From Porphyridium purpureum (taxonomy: Eukaryota): DNA of 64,000 bases. The stretch is taken from positions 310,001 to 374,000 of the forward strand of contig VRMN01000010.1 in the NCBI GenBank assembly GCA_008690995.1. The letters run 5' to 3'. Shown here in pieces: positions 1 to 8,646 of this stretch. Made by a program: the position numbers and the translations under genes. The stretch's first letter is position 1; every line of letters starts with the position of its first letter. The notes below the pieces were generated by a model. The model worked only from the letters and a program-made list of their open reading frames with translations, made no database searches and had not been told where the DNA came from.

Positions 1-99
1 CGACAACAACAACAAGACCATCATCAGCACCAAAATCAAGCGGAACAAGGATGGCATCAGCGCTGGCAACAAGAGATAGAGCAGCGGAACAGGCAGAAC

Positions 100-1503
100 G
101 TGATGACCGACCCAGGAAACTTGGATACCCTTTTACCTGCATGGATCATGAGCGAGTCTGCGCGAGATCATCCTCTTCCCGCCCGGGGTCCGTTGGATCC
201 GCAAGCACAGAACGGAACATTACCGTTTGCGCAGTTGAGTGACCATGCCAAGAAGCCAAAATTGCAGAACCCGCCCAAAAAAGTCAAAAAGAGCAGTCGG
301 CCAGGCGCTAGAATATCGGAAGATAATGATCCCGCACGTTCAGTGCTTGGAATACCCGGTGAAGGTGCGGCCAGGCTTCACGCCGATGCTTCCACTTCAG
401 CGCGCGATCAAAAGAGCATGGATAAGCAGCGGCAAAGGATCTCTAGTCATGTGCCAGGTCGTAAACTGTGCCCGGCGTGTACTGAGATATGTCCATCGGC
501 AGTGCGAACGTGCTCTAAATGCGCATACGAATTCCGGCCGCGCACCATAAAGAACGCACGAGCGCGATTGGGTAAGCGTGGGAAAAAGTTCTGTCCAAGC
601 TGTGGTGCAGAAAATGCCGCAGCTTCCTCGCTCTGCAAGGCCTGTGCACATGTCTTTCGAGTCAAGTTGGACGTAAGATCTGCAAAGGCAGCCAAATCCG
701 GGGCGAATGTAGCGGCAAGCAAGCCCGGGCTCAATGTCACGGCCTCAGCCGGTTCCAGTGCCGTCAATCACGACGAGGCGAATTCTCATAACCTCGAGGC
801 CGTTCTGTCGGAGCCGGAGCTTCACTTTGCGGCGATGCGACCCGAGTCGACCGGCCCGATCCATCTACCGACAATGGAAAAGTCAAAGCTGGTAGAAGAG
901 AAGACCAAGCGAAAAAAGTCGCCAGAAAAGGCGAAACCCCCTCTCAAGAAAGCTCGGCATCCACAGCTGCAGAAACGCAAGGACGCTGAGGTGATCGAAC
1001 GGACGTTTGCGATGACTGCCGGCGGCAAAGTGGAAAATACGGGTCCGAGCGCTGATGAGAGGCATCTACCCGAGTGTGAAGGTGCGAGTGTTGTGAGCAA
1101 CGCACTGCCGTATGTGTCAGAGCCTTTGTTCTTCCCTGAGCATTCGAAAAGGAGTAGTGTCAACACCAGTCCTCCTCATCTGCCCAATGGTATAGGTTTT
1201 GGCATTCCGTCCATTTCTGGAGAGCTTCTGAACGGCAGGGATACACTTTCGATCCTGCGCGATGCCCCCTTTGGAAGGCCTTGGGCGAATGGCGGACCAG
1301 GTGCGAGCCTCGACTTTGGGTTTGCGCAGCTGCCGTCGCAAAACGGACAACCCCATGTTGCGCCAAACTCAAATGCTGACGTCGGTGCTGGTCGTCTTGG
1401 GGCGGCGCCCTATTACCTTCCGCCCATCACAACGATGGGATCTGGGTATAGCGAAGCAAGCGGAAGCGACAAAGACGACGAACGGAACGAGAGGATTGCA
1501 TAG
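100..1503 (+). CDS. Zinc-ribbon protein (two CxxC...CxxC knuckles, UPF0547/double-zinc-ribbon-like) with low-complexity basic regions
   Basis: 467-aa ORF; KLCPACTEICPSAVRTCSKCAYEF and KFCPSCGAENAAASSLCKACAHVF; Lys-rich NLS-like stretches. Confidence 0.7.
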   Translation: MMTDPGNLDTLLPAWIMSESARDHPLPARGPLDPQAQNGTLPFAQLSDHAKKPKLQNPPKKVKKSSRPGARISEDNDPARSVLGIPGEGAARLHADASTSARDQKSMDKQRQRISSHVPGRKLCPACTEICPSAVRTCSKCAYEFRPRTIKNARARLGKRGKKFCPSCGAENAAASSLCKACAHVFRVKLDVRSAKAAKSGANVAASKPGLNVTASAGSSAVNHDEANSHNLEAVLSEPELHFAAMRPESTGPIHLPTMEKSKLVEEKTKRKKSPEKAKPPLKKARHPQLQKRKDAEVIERTFAMTAGGKVENTGPSADERHLPECEGASVVSNALPYVSEPLFFPEHSKRSSVNTSPPHLPNGIGFGIPSISGELLNGRDTLSILRDAPFGRPWANGGPGASLDFGFAQLPSQNGQPHVAPNSNADVGAGRLGAAPYYLPPITTMGSGYSEASGSDKDDERNERIA

Positions 1504-1660
1504 AGCAAGCAAGCCAACCATGGCGGGCAGACAGGAGCGTCTGCCAATTCAGACTGAGCGTGATGTACTTTAGGTTCTAGTAAGCGCGAGACTTTTTCTG
1601 CCCATTTGGAGCGTAGCAGACTCTGAACTCGATGTCTGGCATGTTTCAACCCGAAAGGTC

Positions 1661-2434
1661 TCACTTGTTGTAACCAGAGCCCTTGCGGATTTCTGTGGCG
1701 CGGTATATCTGAGACAGTGGCAGGCAAGGGGATGGTAGCAAGTTAGTACGCTGCGCGCATCATAGGTCGCGATACGACAAGAGGGTCATGTTCTGTGCGC
1801 AACACCGAGAGGAAATTAAAAGCAAGACAAAGGGATGGGACCAAGGAAAGACGGAAACGAGAACTGAACGCACCTGTTCGCATATCAAAGCCCTCGCCAT
1901 CTTGTGTGTAAACGTCAACTCACTGAGGCTGAGAAAATGTTGCACGTACTTTCGCTTCGTGCGAGGCGCTGCGGCGTCTTGTTTGATGACGTAAGGCAAG
2001 CCGTCGGCGCCGCCGATGACAAAGGTGATGTGGCTGTTACCCAATTCTGCCCATTTATAGAAAAGTTCAGCAAACTGCGCAGACGAGCCTGGTGCATCCC
2101 CGCATTCGTCTAGCGCAACGACGTACCCGCGCTGCTTGTCGCCGTCCAGCCGCGCAACGAGCGTCTCGTTGTCCTTGATGTAGTCTGCTTTCAGATCCAC
2201 GGCATTGCTTCCGCGCATCCGTGTGGCGTGCTCAGCCACCGGCACCTCCGCCCACGCCTCCTTTGCGCTCTTCTTCCCCACCGTTAGCACCGACACGTGC
2301 ACAAGGCACCGAACGCCGCCGTGACTCGTTGTCCGTGAGGACGCCGTAACGTGCGCGCAGAAGCAGGACGCGCGACGGCAGAAGCTTCCAGAGAGGGTGC
2401 GACCCAAGACAGCGCTGAATGCCACATTGGCCAT
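1661..2434 (-). CDS. rlmH: RlmH-family SPOUT rRNA methyltransferase, two exons (2434-1874, 1708-1661), N-terminal organellar-type extension
   Basis: Motifs VSVLTVGK, VVALDECG, ITFVIGGADGLP, LSLSELTFTHKMARALICEQ. Splicing out 1873-1709 restores the family C-terminus EQIYRATEIRKGSGYNK*. The start at 2434 (MANVAFSA) is the first in-frame ATG. Confidence 0.9.
1709..1873 (-). other. Spliceosomal intron (165 nt, phase 0) in rlmH
   Basis: Donor CAG|GTGCGT, branch point TACTAAC (~1742-1748), pyrimidine tract, CTCAG| acceptor; removal restores the conserved EQIYRA motif. Confidence 0.9.
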
Positions 2435-2518
2435 GGCCGTGCTGAGATCAAACGTGTCGTTGCCGTTCGCGTTCTTCAACGTTGCCGTCAAAACGATTAC
2501 AAGCTTTACTGGGCTGCA

Positions 2519-3541
2519 TCACTTCTGCGAATGGGCTTGAGCCAGAGCGAGCTCTTCGTCGATCTGCGCGAGCCAAAGATTGGAGGTTGCGGAAGCATCG
2601 TTGGAGGTGAGAATGCGCTCTTTGCAGGCTTGAAGGCTGTTGACAAGCTGCGCTTGCGTCTCACGTAGCGATGCGTCGTCCGCAATGCGTCCTCTCGTTT
2701 CGCGAAGCGCCCATGCAACGTTCAATGCAGAAGACACCTGCAGAGACAGGCCGTTTTTCTGCAGAGCGGCTGCATGCCCCATGGCGCTGGCCATGAGCTC
2801 GACCACCCTTTCACAACAAGGCACCGGTTGATGTGGATCAGAGTCAGGCACCGAGTCTATATCTGTCTCGGAAGATATAGCCATCGATTCGCCTTCGGGT
2901 CGGACGTTTTCCCAGACGCACAGTGCCCATGTTGTGCACAGAAGCACGCGGTATTCAGTCATGGTGTCATTTGTCTCACCGTCGACCATCAAAGAATCGA
3001 GCATGTGCAACACGCGCTCGAACCGGCGCATGGCGTCCCGCCAAACACTGGAGGGTGCTCTGCCACTGGTCCACTCCGGGTGATATCGCGCCATGCACGA
3101 GAGTTCTGCGCACTTGAACTCGGCCACAACGGCTTCAAGCCATGGCCTCACGGACTGTTCCTGCTCTTCCAGGACCACGCACGCGCGCGCGTACCGTACG
3201 CACGCAGCTGCATAATTTTTGCCCAGCTTTTCATGCCTCGCTGCAGCTTGCAGCAAGTATTGCACAGCAGCGACCGGCTCCATCCCTCGAACATGCGCTT
3301 CCACGGTTGTCTCAACCTGCGCATTGAGCGCGGTGTCGCGCTCGACGCCGTGCACATCCGCTCCACAGCGCAGACAATCCCGCAGCCGTTCCGCGCACAT
3401 GTGGCAAAACGTGCAGCCGCATGGCGTCACACGAGACGCGTCGAACAGCATTGTCTTGCACAGCGGACACTCATACACACTCGACTGCGTGCCACCGCCA
3501 AAGCCCAGCGGGCACTGCGCCTGCGCGTCCTTCCTCGCCAT
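2519..3541 (-). CDS. NCA1-like RING-finger/helical-repeat protein (catalase chaperone family)
   Basis: From ATG 3541: CPLGFGG followed by CPLCKTMLFDASRVTPCGCTFCHMCAERLRDCLRCGADV...AHVR and YLLQAAARH..NYAAA. This resembles the plant NCA1 N-terminal pattern as recalled (CPFGY...CMLCQALL..SSRCVPC.HVFC..C...KDCPLCGADI). Confidence 0.7.
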   Translation of the reverse strand: MARKDAQAQCPLGFGGGTQSSVYECPLCKTMLFDASRVTPCGCTFCHMCAERLRDCLRCGADVHGVERDTALNAQVETTVEAHVRGMEPVAAVQYLLQAAARHEKLGKNYAAACVRYARACVVLEEQEQSVRPWLEAVVAEFKCAELSCMARYHPEWTSGRAPSSVWRDAMRRFERVLHMLDSLMVDGETNDTMTEYRVLLCTTWALCVWENVRPEGESMAISSETDIDSVPDSDPHQPVPCCERVVELMASAMGHAAALQKNGLSLQVSSALNVAWALRETRGRIADDASLRETQAQLVNSLQACKERILTSNDASATSNLWLAQIDEELALAQAHSQK

Positions 3542-3736
3542 GGCTCTCTTTGTAGCCAATGCGGTGATCAGACGTCTTTCCGAAGGCTGACGAACGCGCT
3601 CACGCGCGGCTGAACAAGTCGCCTCTGCGCTCTCTCGCTCTCCTGTGAGCAGCTCAAGGCTCAGTCGTCGGGCCTCTACAGCAGGGGAAAGGATTGGCGT
3701 TGGCGTGATGCGCAGACAGAGGCGGTGGTGGGTGGT

Positions 3737-4279
3737 ATGAAAGGTCTGTGGGGTCCCTTCTACGCGATACGCATCGGGCGGAACTCGTTTCGCGGCGTGC
3801 TGCTGAAAGAGGATGAGTACCAGTTGATGCTGAAGGGCGAAAAGAACCCGATCGCGAGCATAAAGACGAGGCTGACACAGGCGATTGACTTCTGCCGGAC
3901 GCCGAAAGGCGGCGGCTGCTTGACGTGGTATGCATTTCGACACGGCAAGAAGGGTGCGCGGGGGTTTGTCAAGACGAAGGAAAATCTCGAGATCATCAAG
4001 GAGCGCGTGGATGGACCAATGCTTGAGACACATCTCTTTGCGAACGCAACGCAGGCTATAGTGTTCTGTCAGCAGGCTGGAACATCCAGCAAAGACTGGA
4101 AGAAGTTTGGCAAGTCGATCAACTTTCTTTCACAGAACAAGGACCTTTCTGTTCCAATCATGTGGTCCGAGTTTTGGGTCAAAAATGCCGAGCGAGGCGC
4201 GATTCGCACCGGTCCGATTCCACTAAGCAATCCTTCGCTCATGGAAGCACTCGAGAAAGGCTGGGATTCGGAAGATTGA
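3737..4279 (+). CDS. Double-HBD family member 1 (module only, no evident presequence)
   Basis: GPFYAIRIGRNSFRGV...YAFRHGKKGARG...NATQAIVFCQQAGT..DW...GP. Confidence 0.8.
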   Translation: MKGLWGPFYAIRIGRNSFRGVLLKEDEYQLMLKGEKNPIASIKTRLTQAIDFCRTPKGGGCLTWYAFRHGKKGARGFVKTKENLEIIKERVDGPMLETHLFANATQAIVFCQQAGTSSKDWKKFGKSINFLSQNKDLSVPIMWSEFWVKNAERGAIRTGPIPLSNPSLMEALEKGWDSED

Positions 4280-4870
4280 GCGATACTTTCGCGCTCAGCT
4301 GAAGCTTGCAGCTCGCGCTTCGCACAGCAAAAAAACAAAAAGAGAAACAGAAAGAGAGTCAGAGTGGAAAGGTCGCATCGGGCACACGTACACGAGGAAG
4401 TATCGCACGCAACGCAAGTCATGCGCAGGACAGTCATGAAGCACAATGCGGCGTGAATTATTTTGCCGTCCGGTGTGTATCCGTCTTGCTTATGATTCGA
4501 AAAGCGGTCTTCAAGAAGTGCGTCATACGCAGGTAAGGCTATGGCGTGCAGCATACGCGTGCAGTCTTTCACCATAGCCTGTTGTCCTGTAGATCAAAGT
4601 CTCAGAAAGACTGCACTAGCGCTGATTTTAGGAAAATCACGAGACAAATCCAGGGTTAGATGCCAATATCGTCACTCGCTTCCTCCTTTGACACGTCCCC
4701 ATGCTCATACCGCGGCCACATGATCGACTCTGTCGTAGTTGGGTTAAATAAGGATTCTTTCTCAGCACGCCCTTGCCCTTGGCGTCCGTTCGCGACGATT
4801 GCAGTCTGTCTCAGGTGAAGCACGCGCGCGTGCGCGCGCAGCGGTAGCAGGCCTCCGAGCATGCGCGGAC

Positions 4871-6868
4871 ATGTTCCTCTTCCGCTCAGTGCAGCTCGCA
4901 CGAGCTAAACGCCTCGAGTCCCTCTGGGATGGAGCACCTTGGCCTCGGCCGGGCAGCGTCGAGGCCTCGAAGAAACGAGCTTTGAAGAAGTCTGGCAAGC
5001 GCGCAAAGCCTGGGAACGGCTCTGATCCAGGCCATGACGGGATCGCCGGGCCATTCTACGCAGTGCGGATTGGACCGGGCGGCTTCCGGGGCGTCATGCT
5101 CCGGAACGCAGAGTACCAGGCCCTGTTGAGTGTGGTGGTCCCGGCGAGAGGGAAAAAGATCGTGGAGCTGAGCGAAGCGCAGGAATATTACCGAGGCGGA
5201 GACAGGAGAGGAATTCCGCCCAACTTCTTTGCGTTTCGGTATGGGAAGGACGGCGCCAGAGGGGTTGTCGTGGGCCCAAGGCATTTGAGGCATATTCAGA
5301 AACGCGTGTCTTCGCCGAGTTTCCAGGTAGAGGAGTTTGATAACGCAACGCAAGCCATGATTTACTGCCAGCAGGCTGGCACGCCTCTTGAAGATTGGAA
5401 AGATGTCTGCGACTCACTGAAGTACCTGGCCAATAACCCCAGTCTGTACATTCCCAATTTGTGGGCAGACTTTTTGGTGCAGAAGACGTTGACAGGTCTC
5501 CTTCCGCGTGGCCCTCTCGTGCCTCCAGATTTGTCTATGGATCCAGCGTGTCCGTCCGGCGAGCTTCCGGGTTTCATGGATCCCATGTCTGCCAATGCGA
5601 AAGCATTTTGGTGTAGCCCGCCTCTGCCACCTCTCTACTACCCGAAAGTCAACAAGCTTGGGATGGTTTTGGACGAAACGAGGCTTGACCTCGATGCACA
5701 AAAGCGAGGCCCCTTCTACGCGATTCGCTGCGGTCGCGGCTGGTTTCGAGGCGTGGTCCTGAAGAAGGAGGACTACAAAGAACTGCTGCGAGGGGCCAAG
5801 GTTGCGAAGGGACGGAAAGAAGAAACACTGACTGAAGCCCTTGCTTTCTGCCGGAGGCGCAAGCCGCGTGGCAGCCTCACTTTTCATGCGTTCCGATATG
5901 GCAAAAATGGCGCCCGAGGTATCGTCCTTGCGCCGGATACCCTCGAGAAGATAGAGAGACGCGTGGGCTCGCCCTTCTTTCAGACGCAACGATTTCAAAC
6001 CGCAACGCAGGCAATCATCTTTTGTCAGCAAGCCGGTACCTCTTCTGTCGACTGGAGGAAACCCGGCAGAGCCATCCGTTATCTTGCGGACAATCCGAGT
6101 CTGGATGTGCCGAGTTTATGGTCTGACTTCCTAGTCAAGAGTTGGCGAAGACCCACTCTTTCGTGTGGCCCGCTGCCTGTTCACCGCACCGCTCCACCGG
6201 TACGCGCACATCCACCGGATTCTCATGTCGAGCAACAAACAAATGTAGCTGTTGCTGCAGACGCAGAGAGCATGGAAGAAGGGCAGCCACTTGCTCAGGC
6301 CCCGCTTCCGGGGACCGTTGATGAAAATCGAGCAACAGCCCGGTTGACGGACGTTGAGGCACGGGACTTTGCTGAGAAGCTCATGCCTTTAAAGGGCCCC
6401 TTTTATGTCATTCGGCGGGGACAGGGCTCGTTTCGAGGCGTGGTGCTGAGAAAGGACGAGTTCCGAGACATAATGGGAGGGCAAAGGGCTTCTATCGGAC
6501 GACGTATAGACTCGTTCCTCGACGCACTCGCAGAATGCCGAAATCCTAAAGGAGGTTGCCATTTATTCTTTGCCTTTCGATATGGCAAGGATGGCGCGCG
6601 CGGACTTGTCAAGACGAGAGAGAACCTGGAGATAGTGCTCGAGCAAGTATATTCTCCTTCGGTTCAGAAGAGGGTATTCCCAACTGCCACGCAAGCACTG
6701 GTCTTTTGCGAACAGGCCGGCACCAAGTACAAGGATTGGAAACGCCTGGGCAGGTCGGTCCGATTCTTCGTGCAGAATCCGCATCTCCGTACGCCGACTT
6801 TGTGGTCCCGCTACTTCATCAGAAGACCGGGACGAAGCCTTGTCATGACGGGTCCCTCCCTCATATAA
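4871..6868 (+). CDS. Double-HBD family member 2 (three tandem modules)
   Basis: Three complete GPFY..FRGV / FAFRYG..GARG / TQA..C.QAGT..DW units; start codon uncertain (first in-frame ATG 4871). Confidence 0.85.
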   Translation: MFLFRSVQLARAKRLESLWDGAPWPRPGSVEASKKRALKKSGKRAKPGNGSDPGHDGIAGPFYAVRIGPGGFRGVMLRNAEYQALLSVVVPARGKKIVELSEAQEYYRGGDRRGIPPNFFAFRYGKDGARGVVVGPRHLRHIQKRVSSPSFQVEEFDNATQAMIYCQQAGTPLEDWKDVCDSLKYLANNPSLYIPNLWADFLVQKTLTGLLPRGPLVPPDLSMDPACPSGELPGFMDPMSANAKAFWCSPPLPPLYYPKVNKLGMVLDETRLDLDAQKRGPFYAIRCGRGWFRGVVLKKEDYKELLRGAKVAKGRKEETLTEALAFCRRRKPRGSLTFHAFRYGKNGARGIVLAPDTLEKIERRVGSPFFQTQRFQTATQAIIFCQQAGTSSVDWRKPGRAIRYLADNPSLDVPSLWSDFLVKSWRRPTLSCGPLPVHRTAPPVRAHPPDSHVEQQTNVAVAADAESMEEGQPLAQAPLPGTVDENRATARLTDVEARDFAEKLMPLKGPFYVIRRGQGSFRGVVLRKDEFRDIMGGQRASIGRRIDSFLDALAECRNPKGGCHLFFAFRYGKDGARGLVKTRENLEIVLEQVYSPSVQKRVFPTATQALVFCEQAGTKYKDWKRLGRSVRFFVQNPHLRTPTLWSRYFIRRPGRSLVMTGPSLI

Positions 6869-7211
6869 ATAGAAACCGATTCTTCTTCCGGTGCACCAGC
6901 GCGCCGTGACTACAGTCCTTCGCAGGTGATCGCTGGCCGACGATGTCACTGTTCTGATCCTTGGCGAAGCGATTCCAATCCTCAGTCCTGCGAGCAGCAA
7001 AGGCACGCAGCCAAAATCGTGTCTTTCATCGAGGGCTGTTGCCTGCGCTGAACCATCATTCACGTGAGTAAAGGGAGAAGCTCCGGTTTTCTCGGGCATT
7101 GCGTAAAGCGCGGAGGCGAGAAGAGCGGTGGGCGCATGCGCAGGGTCCCCTCGTGTGCCGTACTCATTTCCTTCAATCATTCCTTGACGTTTGTTGTACG
7201 TGTGGCGGGCG

Positions 7212-8096
7212 ATGCTGGGGCGCTGTTTGGGCCGGGGACATTACTGGCACGTCGATGTCTTAAGGGGCGTGCTTGACACGCCGCACTGGATACATACGAG
7301 TGCCGTGACGCTGAATCAACCCAGAGTGCGGATCAAATTGAACCCGGATGATTTCCCCAAGCTGGAAAGGGAGAATGATAATCCGTATCATGAGCTGACG
7401 CTCGAAGAGAAACGTGCAAGGGTCCGTACAGAAGACTACGACTTGGGCAAGTTGAAGCTCGTCAACAAGTTTTATGCAATTCGGAAAGGCAAGCACTCGT
7501 TCCGAGGCGTGGTTTTCACGGCAAAGGAGTACGGCTCTTTGGTGCTCGGCATCAAAAATTTCAAAGGCGAACGCGTTGATCACGGTCTAGATAGAGCCAT
7601 CGACTATTGTATGTCCGAGAGGTTCAAGAACCAGAAGCGTTATCCCGCACCACAGTTTGACGCGTTCCGGTATGGCGTCAACGGCGCAAGAGGCATTGTT
7701 GTAAAACCAAACTGTTTTCAGCATGTGCTAGCGCGAGCCGTCTCGCCTCATACAGAGATCGAGTCGTTCCCCACTGCGACGCAAGCGCTGGTGTATTGCG
7801 TCCAGGCCGGCACGCCGTATACAGATTGGGAGGCGCTGGATAGCTCGCTTGTGTTTATGTCATACATGCATCTACAAACGCCAATCTTGTGGTCGAAGTA
7901 CCTGATCATGTACGCGAACAGCGAGCTACCAACCGGCCCGCTCTGTCACCCGGATCCGCCGACGGACAGTTCCACAGTTCAACGGCCCAAGAAAAAGCAG
8001 CCTGCTGTCCTCGAGATCCCGTTTGTGGGCCATGTGCCAGAAGGCTCTGACAGCTCGTCCGGAATTTTTCCGTTGGCCGACCAAGTCGAAGAGTAA
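7212..8096 (+). CDS. Double-HBD family member 3 (presequence + module)
   Basis: PHWIHTSAVTL presequence motif; FYAIRKGKHSFRGVV; FDAFRYGVNGARG; TQALVYCVQAGT..DW. Confidence 0.85.
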   Translation: MLGRCLGRGHYWHVDVLRGVLDTPHWIHTSAVTLNQPRVRIKLNPDDFPKLERENDNPYHELTLEEKRARVRTEDYDLGKLKLVNKFYAIRKGKHSFRGVVFTAKEYGSLVLGIKNFKGERVDHGLDRAIDYCMSERFKNQKRYPAPQFDAFRYGVNGARGIVVKPNCFQHVLARAVSPHTEIESFPTATQALVYCVQAGTPYTDWEALDSSLVFMSYMHLQTPILWSKYLIMYANSELPTGPLCHPDPPTDSSTVQRPKKKQPAVLEIPFVGHVPEGSDSSSGIFPLADQVEE

Positions 8097-8646
8097 TCGA
8101 GCCGAGGGATTTAGCGCGTCAGATATGGATCGGACCAGACATAGAAGTCTACTCAGCGCTCGGGCAAGCCATTGTATTCCTGTTCAATCGACCCGCAGTG
8201 CGCCTCAAGACGAGCCCCGCGCGCAAACGGTTTCTGACTCTTGGACATGAGCACTAGGCACGATGCTGCCGAGTATCAGGCTGATTCGCGTCTGCGCTTG
8301 TAATAATGCAGCACGAAGAGCAGTGGACAGCGTGGTTCAGTCAGCCTGTGACGCGCAGCACGCCATTGCTCAGCCGAGAGCGTCACCAAGCCCGGACCGA
8401 ACAAGGGACGCCGCGTGTGTACAATATTAAAGTAAATGCATCAAGCCGAGAGCTTTAGCTGGACGAAGAGCGGGTCTGGCATCGCGAGCGCGTGGCAGTG
8501 GTGTTGGATACCACGGCGGTGCGTCTCACTCACTTCGCATCACGCCGCTGCGCGATCTCACGGCGGCCATTTACCACGTCGAGAATCGGATCGCGGAGGC
8601 ACGAGGGTAATGCGGCGTGCGCGTTGTGCGGTGTGCGGCGCCGGTA

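Noticed and set aside
3542..4033. Long N-terminal extension of the RING ORF
   Set aside because: Overlaps member 1 antisense; NCA1-like similarity begins right after ATG 3541
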